DNA from: Calditrichota bacterium
GTDB lineage: Bacteria; CLD3
Direction: 5' to 3'
DNA: 64,000 nucleotides
NCBI GenBank assembly: GCA_008501735.1
Contig: QQUF01000040.1
Span: 70,431 to 134,430 of the forward strand
Below the pieces are notes generated by a model that saw nothing but the letters and a program-made list of their open reading frames with translations, ran no database searches and was not told where the DNA came from. This document shows positions 1 through 9,567 of this stretch, piece by piece. A program made the position numbers and the translations under genes. Position 1 is the stretch's first letter, and each line of letters begins with the position of its first letter.

Positions 1-1
1 C

Positions 2-79
2 TTCACAATCTTTCTAAGAGATTTTCCCGAAAGCACTTTTAAATCTTACGTTGAGGAAGGTTTGCAATCGATAAAGTAG
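2..79 (+). CDS. 3' end of an upstream gene (partial; ...FTIFLRDFPESTFKSYVEEGLQSIK*)
   Basis: Open frame from the window edge to TAG at 77-79; too short to assign a family. Confidence 0.5.
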   Translation, partial: FTIFLRDFPESTFKSYVEEGLQSIK

Positions 80-135
80 TTTTTTTATTCGATATAATGA
101 ATTTCAACTAATGATAGATAATAGGAGAAAATAAA

Positions 136-2406
136 ATGCCCTTTAGAGACTCAGATATTGCAAAAGCAATATATAATAGAAATGTTCAAAGTATAGTTTC
201 GTTATTCTTTAAAAACGAAAATAATATACCAAAAATAAAACATGGATTTAATACTGAAACTGAGCTTTGGGATTATAAAAGCAATTCTCCAAAAATAGCA
301 AGAAACGATAAAATAGCTTTAGAAGATTGGGCAGAGATGTGTAAAGATATTTTAGCTTTTCATAATCAAAAAGGAGGAATAATTTTTTTTGGTATTGATG
401 ATGATTTTAAATTTCTTGGGGCAAATACTACATTAGATAGTAAAAAAGTTAATGATAAAATTAAGAAATATTTACCTGATACAATTTGGGTTGAATACCA
501 TAGAGAATTTATACAATCAGATCAAAGGTATTTAGGTATTGCTATAATTCAACCTAGAGGACCTGTTTTTGAAAGATTTACTTACACATCTCCTAAAAAA
601 TATAACGGAAAGCTCATTTTTAAAAAAGGGGACTCAGCGATAAGACAAGGTGATTCTTCCATAATTATAAAACAAAATGAAGTGAATAAATTTCATAGTA
701 ATAAATTAAGCCCAATCCTAAATAAAATTTATACAGTTGATGAAAGTTATTTTAGAATACTACAACCAGATTACAATAAATTTGTAGAAAGAAAAGAACT
801 GTGTAAAGAAGTGTTAAACTCAATAAACGATCCAAGAGTCTCAGTAACATCTTTAATTGGAATTGGAGGAGTTGGTAAAACAGCAACAGCAACTTGGGCA
901 GTTTTAGAAGCCTATAAGAAAAGTCTATTTCGTTTTATTGTTTCAATTACTGCAAAAGACAGAGAACTTACAGCATTTGGTATAAAAGCTTTAGAACCTA
1001 AACTTACTAGCTTTGAGTCTTTGTTGAATGCAATTTTTGATGTACTAGGGTTTCCAGAATTAAAAACTAATAGTATTTTAGAAAAAGAAAAAGAGGCAAA
1101 GGAACTTCTTAAAAACTCTGACGGATTACTTTATGTTGATAATTTGGAAACAGTTGATGACTTAAGGATAATTATGTTTTTAGATTCATTACCTGTTGGA
1201 GTTCACGCGATTGTAACTTCAAGAAGGTCACGTGTTAGAGTTGCAACAAGACCAATTGAGGTAAAACAATTAAATGAGAAAGAGGCCATAAGTTTTATCA
1301 AAACCTTATCAGAAGAATCAGGGTTAAAATATTGTAGTTCATTTTCAAAAAATGAATATTTTAGAATAAGAAACTCATGTGATGGAATCCCATTGGCTAT
1401 GAGATGGACATTAACTAAATCTAAAACACCTCAAGATGCCTTAAGACTTGCTGAAAATATTACACATAGAAGTTTACAAGGGGAAGAGCTATTAGAGTTT
1501 TGTTTTAGGAGAGTTTTCCAAGAAATGGATTCCATTGAAAAAGAAATTTTACAGATTTTGTCAATTTTTAATCACCCAATACAATATGAAGCTATAATTG
1601 TTGGAATGAACATGGATGGGTTACATGAAAGAGTTTCTGATGTAATTGAAGGATTGATTGAAGATGCTTTAGTAAATAGGATTTTTGATACAGAAACGAA
1701 CGACTATAATTTTTTCTTGTCGCCAATTACAAAGTCTTTTATTTATGCTGATGTTAGAAAAGATAAACAATTTGAGAAAAATATTCGAAAGAAACTTACT
1801 CGGTATTTTGAAGCGAATGATATTCAGGGAGAAGAAAAAAGAAAAATTATTAGAGGTATTCGCCAAGGAGAAAGTAATAATGAATCCGCACTCATTGATT
1901 TAGCAATTTCTGCAAAGAGAAAGCATGATATAGATGGAGCCGAAATATTATTGAATCAAGCTCTAAATAGAAACCCGAGAAGTTGGAAAGCTTCGAGAGA
2001 ACTTGCAGAACTTTATAGAAAAAAAGAAAACCTTTCGGAGGCTCTAAAGTTATATGAGCAAGCAGCTATAAATTCTCCTAGAAGAGGCAATGATAAAGCT
2101 TTAATTTATAGAGAATGGGGAATGTTATTAAGACAATCAGGTTTACCTAAAGCAACTGACTACGCCATTGATAAATTTGAAGTCTCATTACTAGAGGCTC
2201 CAAATGATGAAATTACTCTTACGGCAGTTTCTCAACTTTATTATAAAAAAGGAATGAATAAAAAAGTTATAGAATATCTAGAACCATTGATAAATCATCC
2301 TAATCAAAGAACAAGAACCTTTGTTTTGCCTTTGCTTTTAAAAGCTTATAAAAACACAAACGATATTTTAAAAATTGCTCAGGTCAAAAAATTAATGGAA
2401 AATTAG
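136..2406 (+). CDS. Schlafen/AlbA_2 domain - STAND (NB-ARC-like) NTPase - TPR protein, putative antiviral NLR-like protein
   Basis: N-term E41-x4-D-x-K (ETELWDYK) and 'KDILAFHNQKGGIIFFGIDD'; Walker A GIGGVGKT (242-249); Walker B LLYVDNLE; sensor IVTSR; GxP motif CDGIPLA; C-terminal helical TPR-like repeats; RBS AGGAGA. Confidence 0.85.
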   Translation: MPFRDSDIAKAIYNRNVQSIVSLFFKNENNIPKIKHGFNTETELWDYKSNSPKIARNDKIALEDWAEMCKDILAFHNQKGGIIFFGIDDDFKFLGANTTLDSKKVNDKIKKYLPDTIWVEYHREFIQSDQRYLGIAIIQPRGPVFERFTYTSPKKYNGKLIFKKGDSAIRQGDSSIIIKQNEVNKFHSNKLSPILNKIYTVDESYFRILQPDYNKFVERKELCKEVLNSINDPRVSVTSLIGIGGVGKTATATWAVLEAYKKSLFRFIVSITAKDRELTAFGIKALEPKLTSFESLLNAIFDVLGFPELKTNSILEKEKEAKELLKNSDGLLYVDNLETVDDLRIIMFLDSLPVGVHAIVTSRRSRVRVATRPIEVKQLNEKEAISFIKTLSEESGLKYCSSFSKNEYFRIRNSCDGIPLAMRWTLTKSKTPQDALRLAENITHRSLQGEELLEFCFRRVFQEMDSIEKEILQILSIFNHPIQYEAIIVGMNMDGLHERVSDVIEGLIEDALVNRIFDTETNDYNFFLSPITKSFIYADVRKDKQFEKNIRKKLTRYFEANDIQGEEKRKIIRGIRQGESNNESALIDLAISAKRKHDIDGAEILLNQALNRNPRSWKASRELAELYRKKENLSEALKLYEQAAINSPRRGNDKALIYREWGMLLRQSGLPKATDYAIDKFEVSLLEAPNDEITLTAVSQLYYKKGMNKKVIEYLEPLINHPNQRTRTFVLPLLLKAYKNTNDILKIAQVKKLMEN

Positions 2407-2439
2407 TAACTTAATTAAATTCAATTCTCCATTTTAGTA

Positions 2440-3366
2440 CTAAGTATATTTTTCGTCACTCCAAGCAACAGAAGAAATTTTCCACTTCTGACTAACTTTG
2501 ACAAACTGAATTGTTTTTATTCCTCTTGAGGTGAAAAGCTCGTTATTTAGGATTCCTGATTTCTCATAAAAACTAAATCTTTGTGCAATGTTTCCGAAAA
2601 TTTTTGTCTCACCTGTGATTTCAAATTCACTGAAATTCGTGAGCGTTCCATCTATCAGCATCTTTTCTCTTGGAGCAATAAAATCTTGCAAATTAGAAAC
2701 AACAGGTTTTCCGTTTGTATTACTGATTAACATTCCTTCGGGAATGCACAAATCGAAAATTTTTTTAAAGTTTGGAACTTTTCCGTCAGTGTTTGTGAAC
2801 AAATCAAAAAATCTTGCAGTTAGTTCGTCAATTTTCTTTTTGTCTTCATTTTGGTTTGGCGGTGCAAAAACCAAAGTATCTCTTTCTTGTGAGTCTTTAA
2901 TACTTTTTTCAAATTGAAGACCAATTTTGTTCAAAAGTTTAATTGAAGTAACATTATTAGGTGCAGTGATTCCGAGAACCTTCTCTAAGTTTAAAGTGGT
3001 CTTTGCGTAAGTCATTGTTGCATTTGCACTCTCAAAACCAAACCCTAAACCTTCGTATTCAGGAAGCATTGCAAAACCAATGTCAACGTCTTCCAAATAA
3101 CCTCGATTGACCAAACCGCACATTCCAATTGGAATTTTTGAGTCTTTTAATTCAACTAACCAAAGTCCGTAACCAAATTTTTTATAACTGCTAATTATCA
3201 CTTTTTCTAAGTAGGTTTTTGCAGCTTCGACAGTTTTTGGTCCGTTTGTGCCAATGAATTTCCGCCAACCTTCCGAATTAACCAATTCAACAGTAAACTC
3301 AGCGTCATCAAAATTAAATTCACGAACTCCTAATCTTGCTGTCTCAAAAATCATTTTTGCATCCAT
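2440..3366 (-). CDS. RimJ/RimL-type GNAT acetyltransferase fused to a C-terminal NTF2/SnoaL-like domain
   Basis: 'FETARLGVREF', 'DIGFAMLPEYEGLGFG', 'NVTSIKLLNKIG' GNAT motifs; C-terminal ~135 aa ending 'IQFVK...WKISSVAW' is NTF2-like. Confidence 0.8.
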   Translation of the reverse strand: MDAKMIFETARLGVREFNFDDAEFTVELVNSEGWRKFIGTNGPKTVEAAKTYLEKVIISSYKKFGYGLWLVELKDSKIPIGMCGLVNRGYLEDVDIGFAMLPEYEGLGFGFESANATMTYAKTTLNLEKVLGITAPNNVTSIKLLNKIGLQFEKSIKDSQERDTLVFAPPNQNEDKKKIDELTARFFDLFTNTDGKVPNFKKIFDLCIPEGMLISNTNGKPVVSNLQDFIAPREKMLIDGTLTNFSEFEITGETKIFGNIAQRFSFYEKSGILNNELFTSRGIKTIQFVKVSQKWKISSVAWSDEKYT

Positions 3367-3379
3367 TTAGTTTTTTAGG

Positions 3380-3862
3380 TTAAATTTTTAATGTTAATTC
3401 TGGAAAAAAAGGTTCTTCAAATCCTATGTTTTTGTAAACTCCAATTCCATCTTTTGTAGCGTGTAAATGCACAAACTCTAATTCCATTCCTTTTGCTTCT
3501 TCTTTTAACTTTTCTAATAAAATTGATGCTACACCTTTTTTTCTGAATTCTTTCAGAGTAAACATATTCAAAATGTATCCGCGTTTTCCTGATTTACCAA
3601 TTCCGGAATAACTTGGTGGAGCTTTCCAAATTACGAGACAACTTGTACCAATTACTTGATTTTTGTATTCTGCGAACCAAGCAATTAATGTTTTATCTGA
3701 CAATGCTTTGCTAAAATACTCGTTTAAGCAATTTCTAAGTTTTTCCGATTCTAATTCTGTCTTATTTGGAAATATTTCATTTAAAAATTCAATTCTGTAA
3801 TTTGTTAAAACAGAAATATCTTTTTCTTCTGCTTTTCTATAAGAAATCTTTTTTGAGTCCAT
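3380..3862 (-). CDS. GNAT family N-acetyltransferase
   Basis: 'ILNMFTLKEFRKKGVA' acetyl-CoA motif, 'YKNIGF'. Confidence 0.9.
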   Translation of the reverse strand: MDSKKISYRKAEEKDISVLTNYRIEFLNEIFPNKTELESEKLRNCLNEYFSKALSDKTLIAWFAEYKNQVIGTSCLVIWKAPPSYSGIGKSGKRGYILNMFTLKEFRKKGVASILLEKLKEEAKGMELEFVHLHATKDGIGVYKNIGFEEPFFPELTLKI

Positions 3863-3889
3863 AAACTTACCTAAAACAAAATCAGTTAC

Positions 3890-6727
3890 TTATTTTAATA
3901 ATGTCATTCTTTTTCTAACGGAATAATTTCCTGCTTTGAGTCTGTAAAAATAAACTCCACTTCCAACTTGTTTTCCAAGCTCGTCAGTTCCGTTCCAAAC
4001 AACAGAACCTTTTGCTTTGTCCAAGACAAACTCTTTCACCTTTTTACCCAAAATATCAAAAATTACCAATTTACCTTTCTCGTAATTCGTAATTCGTAAT
4101 TCGTAATTTATAGAAGTTGAAGGGTTGAATGGGTTTGGGTAGTTTTGACTTAAGTAAAAATCCTCTGGAGTAGAGTTCAGATTTTCCTCTAAAGAAACAC
4201 CTGTGTCCACCAGAAAGCACTGAAAGTTTTCATTTGTAGTTTGTGAAGTTCCTTGTTCCTTGAAAAATTCTTCATTTTCAGCTTTGACACTAAAACAGTA
4301 ATTTCCAGTTGGCAAAGTTCCTGCCTGAATTGTTGCAAATGTGTCAGTTGTCGTAATTACTAAAAGTGAATCGGCAAAGTTAGAGGTTGAATCAATAACA
4401 ACGGTGTAAGTAACAACGCTTCCATTTGGCGAAGAAGTTGATTCCCAAGTCAAGTTGAAATCTGAATCAGTAAAAACGGTGTCGTTTTCGGAAGGCGTTA
4501 AAAGGCTAAAATCTTCTAAGAACAATTCATTCACATCAAGTGTAAACATTGACCTTCCGTAAGTTCCGACAAGTAAAGTTCGAGTTGGATTGTGAATTTT
4601 AATTTCGTTAATCGGAACAGTCGGAATTTGTTCTCCAAGAAAGTGCCAATCTTCACCCAAATTAGTTGTGTAAAACGGTCCAACGTCAGTTCCGATGTAA
4701 AGAACTTCGTTGTCAACAGAGTCAACAATTACAGAATTTATCGGAGCATCAGGCAAATTTGAAGCGATTGAAGTCCAAGTCTGACCGAAGTCTTCTGTTC
4801 TAAAAATGTGTGGAAGGTTTTCGTCAATTCTGAAACCTGAAAGCGTAACGTAAGCAACTGAATCGGCGTAAAGGTCAGTCATTACTCTTGTAATCCAACG
4901 AGTCGGAAGTTGGGCAGAAATTTCAGTCCAAGAAGTTCCGCCGTTTGTCGTTACTTGAACTGTTCCGTCGTCGCAACCAACATAAATTATGTCAGAGTTT
5001 ACAGGCGAAACGGCAATTGTAGTGATTGTTCCAAAAGTGTAACTTCCACTTCCCGGACCTTGTGTCAAGTCAGGTGAAATAGGACTCCAAGAAATTGCGG
5101 AATTTGTACTTTTGTAAAGTTTGTTGCTTCCATAAAAAAGTGTGTTCGGGTCAAAAGGATCGAAAACAACAGGAGTTTGCCAATTTTTTCTGTCTGAATT
5201 ACTAATTCCTTGAGTTGCACTTTGAAAACTAAAACCGCCGTCAGTTGAACGCTGTAAATTTCCGTACTGATATTCGCAATAAATTTTGTTTGAATTAGTT
5301 CTGTCCACTAAAACATAAAATCCGTCTCCGCCAAAAATATTCTGAAAATTCGTTCCGTTGACTTGTTGTAAAGTTCCGTTGTCTTGAGCTCCACCATAAA
5401 TTTTTGTTGGATTCAAGTAGTCAAATTCCACGTTGTAAAATTGGTTGTTGGGTAAGCCGTTTAGTTTGAACCAAGTGTTTCCGCCGTTGCTTGAAGTGTA
5501 AAGTCCTCCGTCGTTACCACAGAAAATTTTGTTCGGATTATTTGGGAAAATGTAAATTGCGTGATGGTCAACGTGCATTGAACTTCCTGTAATATTCCAC
5601 GAATTTCCGCCGTCAGTTGAATTGTAAAGATTCAAACCTGAAAGAAAAAGATTGTCGGGATTTGTTGGGTCAACCCAAAGTCTGTTGAACCACCAACCAA
5701 AAGATGAAAGTGCGTTGTTAAGGTCAGTTGTTGGACTTTGTGTCCACGAATTTCCACCATCAGTAGTTTTGTAAAATCCGTCAAAGTAACCGATTTGGTC
5801 AATGTAACTTGCGTAAAGAATGTTTGGACTTGAATTTGAAATTGCGAGACCGATTCTTCCACTGTTTGCACTTGCTTGTGGCAAGCCGTTTATTAGCAAA
5901 TTCCAAGTTGTTCCGCCGTCAGTTGAACGGTAAATTCCACTTCCTTCGCCTCCGTAAACTCTGTTCTCAGGAGTTCGGATTCGTTGCCACATTGCTGCAT
6001 AAATTGTATTTGGATTGTTAGGGTTTATCGCTAAATCAATTGCTCCTGTCGAATCGTTGACTGCCAAAACTTGTTGCCAAGTTTGACCTGCGTCTGTCGA
6101 GCGGTAAACTCCTCTTTCAGAATTTGTAGAAAAAAGTGAACCCATTGCCGCAACAAAAATGTTATTCGAGTTTTGCGGGTCAATTACGATTTTGCTAATG
6201 TAGTAAGAATCGGGCAAACCAATATTTGTCCAAGAATTTCCGCCGTCAGTTGACTTTGAAACTCCAAAACCTGCGTAACAAACACTTCCTCCTCCGGCAT
6301 TTGGCTCACCTTGTCCGACGTAAATTGTATTTTCGTCATTCGGGTCAATTGCAATGTCGCCGATTGAAAGCGAAAGCTCGGAATCAAAAATCGGAGTAAA
6401 ACTTGTGGCATTGTTTGTAGTCTTGAAAACTCCACCACTTGCACTTCCGATGTAAACTGTGCCTGGAGTATTTGGGTGAGCTTCAATGTCTGTAATTCTT
6501 CCGCCAATGTTTGTCGGGCCAACTTGAATCCAATCAGGTTGATTCTGAGTTTGAGCGATTTGCTGCATTCCCTTGGTTTTGAGAAGAGCTTCTTTGTAAG
6601 CACGTTGGTTTATGTCTTTTGCAGGATAAGATTTTTCAATAAAAAACCAATCGTTTGGTGCTTTAGGTGGCTTTTGTTCCGCACAAGAAATTGTGAAGAT
6701 TAGCGTTAAAAGTAAAAGTATTTTCAT
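3890..6727 (-). CDS. Secreted BNR/VPS10 (sortilin/GH74-like) beta-propeller protein with FlgD/T9SS-type C-terminal domain
   Basis: Many SxDGGxxW Asp-box repeats; signal/lipobox 'LIFTISC' after ATG at 6727 (preferred over 6808); C-term QNYPNPFNP...GVYFYRL...RMTLLK. Confidence 0.85.
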   Translation of the reverse strand: MKILLLLTLIFTISCAEQKPPKAPNDWFFIEKSYPAKDINQRAYKEALLKTKGMQQIAQTQNQPDWIQVGPTNIGGRITDIEAHPNTPGTVYIGSASGGVFKTTNNATSFTPIFDSELSLSIGDIAIDPNDENTIYVGQGEPNAGGGSVCYAGFGVSKSTDGGNSWTNIGLPDSYYISKIVIDPQNSNNIFVAAMGSLFSTNSERGVYRSTDAGQTWQQVLAVNDSTGAIDLAINPNNPNTIYAAMWQRIRTPENRVYGGEGSGIYRSTDGGTTWNLLINGLPQASANSGRIGLAISNSSPNILYASYIDQIGYFDGFYKTTDGGNSWTQSPTTDLNNALSSFGWWFNRLWVDPTNPDNLFLSGLNLYNSTDGGNSWNITGSSMHVDHHAIYIFPNNPNKIFCGNDGGLYTSSNGGNTWFKLNGLPNNQFYNVEFDYLNPTKIYGGAQDNGTLQQVNGTNFQNIFGGDGFYVLVDRTNSNKIYCEYQYGNLQRSTDGGFSFQSATQGISNSDRKNWQTPVVFDPFDPNTLFYGSNKLYKSTNSAISWSPISPDLTQGPGSGSYTFGTITTIAVSPVNSDIIYVGCDDGTVQVTTNGGTSWTEISAQLPTRWITRVMTDLYADSVAYVTLSGFRIDENLPHIFRTEDFGQTWTSIASNLPDAPINSVIVDSVDNEVLYIGTDVGPFYTTNLGEDWHFLGEQIPTVPINEIKIHNPTRTLLVGTYGRSMFTLDVNELFLEDFSLLTPSENDTVFTDSDFNLTWESTSSPNGSVVTYTVVIDSTSNFADSLLVITTTDTFATIQAGTLPTGNYCFSVKAENEEFFKEQGTSQTTNENFQCFLVDTGVSLEENLNSTPEDFYLSQNYPNPFNPSTSINYELRITNYEKGKLVIFDILGKKVKEFVLDKAKGSVVWNGTDELGKQVGSGVYFYRLKAGNYSVRKRMTLLK
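4080..4107. repeat. Tandem heptamer (TCGTAAT)x4 inside coding sequence
   Basis: Four perfect copies; encodes NYELRITNYE on the minus strand. Confidence 0.9.
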
Positions 6728-6877
6728 TTTAAACTCTCTGTTTTGAATAGTTTCAATAAAATTTAAGCAAGAAACCCAAAAAATCACAACATTCAAATTT
6801 TTCACCAATCATTATCATTGCATTTTAGAGTCTTAGAAATTACATTTTCCACTTAATCAAAACAGCAAGGAAAACCA

Positions 6878-8221
6878 ATGCTAACTAAAGACCAATTTGC
6901 CGACCTTTCGGAAAAAATTATAAAATTATCTCCTGCAAATGAGACAGAAGTAAGTTATGCAGGAAGTGAAAATTCCCTGACAAGATTTTCGAATAATATC
7001 ATTACTCAAAATGTTATCAAAAAGGACGAATCAATTTCAATTTTATTAGTAAAAGAAGGTAAAACAAGTCGTGTGAGAATTCACGAATTTGACGACGAGT
7101 CAATTAATAAAGCCTTCAAAAATGGAATGGAAATTATGAGCCTTTCCAAAGAACACGATAAATTCCTTCCGTTGCCTGAAGCACAAAAATATCAAGAAAT
7201 CAGAAATTGCTTTTTTGAAGACACAGCCAATTTTTCACCGATTGAAAGAGCAGAGCAGATTTCATTCGCAGTGAAAGAAGCGGAAGCTAAAAAATTATCA
7301 ATGGCAGGAATTTATACTTCAGGTGAAACTCGTTCTGCAATGGCAAATTCAAATGGTTTAATAGCATTTGACAAAAGAACAAATGCACAAGTTTCATTAA
7401 CTGCACAATCTGAGACAAGTTATGGTTGGGCAGAAGACGGAAACAGAGACGTTGCCAAAATTGACATCGAAAAAGCAACTCAAACGGCAATCGAAAAATG
7501 CCTTACAAGCCAAAACCCAACCGAAATTGAACCCGGAAAATACGATGTAGTTTTGGAAGCTCCTTGTGTAACTGACTTTCTTTCTTACTTGAATTGGAAA
7601 GCATTCGGTGGACTTGCTTACTTGGAAAATAGAAGTTTTATGGCAGGTAAACTCGGTCAAAAAATCTTTGGTGAAAACATCACAATCAAAGAAAATGCTT
7701 TCAACGAAATGAATCCGGGAAAACCTTACGATGGAGAAGGAATGCCAAAGAAACCTGTAACTCTCATCGAAAACGGTGTTTTAAAAGAAATCGTTCACGA
7801 CCGATACACAGCTCAAAAAGTTGGGACTGAATCAACAGGTCACGGTTTTGGATTTCCAAATTCAATTGGACCTTACCCTTCAAATCTCGAACTTTCAGCA
7901 GGAAACTCAAGCCTTGAAGAAATGATTGCTTCAACAGAAAGAGGACTTTTGGTAACTCATTTTCACTACACGAACACACTTGACCATTTTAATTTAATTT
8001 TGACAGGAATGACTCGCGACGGACTTTGGTTAATCGAAAATGGTAAAATTTCAAGACCAGTGATGAATCTTCGTTTCACCGACAGTATTCCACGAGTTAT
8101 GAACAACATCGAATTGATTTCAAAAGAATTGCAATTCAAACACACATTTTGGGGAAGCGGATTCGTTGTTCCTTCAATCAAAGTAAAAGACTTCAACTTC
8201 TCAAGCAAAACGGAAAGGTAG
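6878..8221 (+). CDS. pmbA: TldE/PmbA family protein
   Basis: 'LTRFSNN', 'EPGKYDVVLE', 'YDGEG', 'LIENGVL', 'TGMTRDG'; lacks the HExxGH of TldD; paired with tldD. Confidence 0.9.
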   Translation: MLTKDQFADLSEKIIKLSPANETEVSYAGSENSLTRFSNNIITQNVIKKDESISILLVKEGKTSRVRIHEFDDESINKAFKNGMEIMSLSKEHDKFLPLPEAQKYQEIRNCFFEDTANFSPIERAEQISFAVKEAEAKKLSMAGIYTSGETRSAMANSNGLIAFDKRTNAQVSLTAQSETSYGWAEDGNRDVAKIDIEKATQTAIEKCLTSQNPTEIEPGKYDVVLEAPCVTDFLSYLNWKAFGGLAYLENRSFMAGKLGQKIFGENITIKENAFNEMNPGKPYDGEGMPKKPVTLIENGVLKEIVHDRYTAQKVGTESTGHGFGFPNSIGPYPSNLELSAGNSSLEEMIASTERGLLVTHFHYTNTLDHFNLILTGMTRDGLWLIENGKISRPVMNLRFTDSIPRVMNNIELISKELQFKHTFWGSGFVVPSIKVKDFNFSSKTER

Positions 8222-8229
8222 GAATTCCG

Positions 8230-9567
8230 ATGCTAATTTTAGAAGAACTCGAAATTGTAAAATTTAAAAACGATTACGGCGACGAACTCATCACAAACCA
8301 AAAGATGAAATTCGGCAAAAGTTTAAATTTACTCATCGGTCCAAATGGTGGTGGGAAAACTACTTTATTAAAAATTTTACAGGCTTGTGTTTCATTTGAT
8401 TTTGAGGAACTGAAAGAGAATGAATTTGAGATAAAAGTAAAAGGTGAAGTCTATTTTTTGGGTATTAAGCGAGCAAAAATCCAAGCAGAATTTGATTCAA
8501 TAAAGAAGAAAACAAAGATAGAAGAAAAGGTTGAGCTTCAAGCAATCAAGAAAAATACCGATAGAACTAGGCAAAAAAATATTTTAAACTTCAAAATCAA
8601 TTATAGCTTTGATGATGGAAATCCTAACTTCACTATTAATAAGAGAAGTAATGAAATTAATATTTACGAAAATGAAGCTCTTAAAAAAAATAAAGATTTT
8701 TATAGTGATAATTGGAACTTTGGTGATTTCTTTTCTGACTTAAAAGTAGAAACGCAAAATGATAAAAAGTTTTTAAACCATAGTAAGTTGTCTTTTCTCC
8801 AAACTCCTTCAATGTACCGTAGAGGAGTTGAAGATATTTCCGAATTAGAAGCTATCTTAAGAAAGACAATAAAAACTTATATTTTAGGAAAACCTAAATT
8901 TAATCCTTTTCCTTCTTACCTTTTCAGTGAACCAGAATATGGTGAGTTAAATAACATTATTTTTTGGGAACTTGGTAAGTTTTTAGAAAACCATAAAGAT
9001 TATAAAAAAATAATTGAAATTGATAATTTAGACTTAGAATTCAAAAGTGATTTTTTGCAAAGAATTAAGCAAAAATATACTTTTTTTGATTCTTTTATAA
9101 TCAGATTCAGTGATAAAATTACTTCCAAAGAGGAAATTGAATACCGAGATGGAAAAATTATTTTCTTTAAAAATAAAAGAGAAATGGATTTTAATAAAGC
9201 CACAACTTGGGGGCAAAAAAGATTCATTTATTTATTAAGTAAAATTGAGGCTCAAGATACACCTCTAATTGATGAAATAGAAAATGGCTTTCACCCGAAA
9301 ATGGTGAGGGATTTGATAAATAGTATTTATGAACAAAAGCCACAAAAACAAGCTTTTGTTACTACTCACAGTCATCACATTATCAACAGTCTAAATTACG
9401 ACTCAATGGAAGAACTTGGTAAGTCAATTGTGCTTTGTAAAATTAGCAAGGAAGAAAAGCTTACTTTCGCAAACTTGAAAGGTAAAAATCTAGAAGTTAA
9501 TTTTAATAAAGTCAGAACTGGGTTAGTAGATTTACCAGAATCTTTACTTTTTGAGGGAATTTGGTAG
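8230..9567 (+). CDS. ABC-superfamily (AAA_15/AAA_21-like) soluble ATPase
   Basis: Walker A GPNGGGKTT; degenerate signature TTWGQKR; Walker B/D-loop LIDEIENGFHP; H-loop FVTTHS; no TM segment; ATG at 8230 just after tldE stop. Confidence 0.85.
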   Translation: MLILEELEIVKFKNDYGDELITNQKMKFGKSLNLLIGPNGGGKTTLLKILQACVSFDFEELKENEFEIKVKGEVYFLGIKRAKIQAEFDSIKKKTKIEEKVELQAIKKNTDRTRQKNILNFKINYSFDDGNPNFTINKRSNEINIYENEALKKNKDFYSDNWNFGDFFSDLKVETQNDKKFLNHSKLSFLQTPSMYRRGVEDISELEAILRKTIKTYILGKPKFNPFPSYLFSEPEYGELNNIIFWELGKFLENHKDYKKIIEIDNLDLEFKSDFLQRIKQKYTFFDSFIIRFSDKITSKEEIEYRDGKIIFFKNKREMDFNKATTWGQKRFIYLLSKIEAQDTPLIDEIENGFHPKMVRDLINSIYEQKPQKQAFVTTHSHHIINSLNYDSMEELGKSIVLCKISKEEKLTFANLKGKNLEVNFNKVRTGLVDLPESLLFEGIW

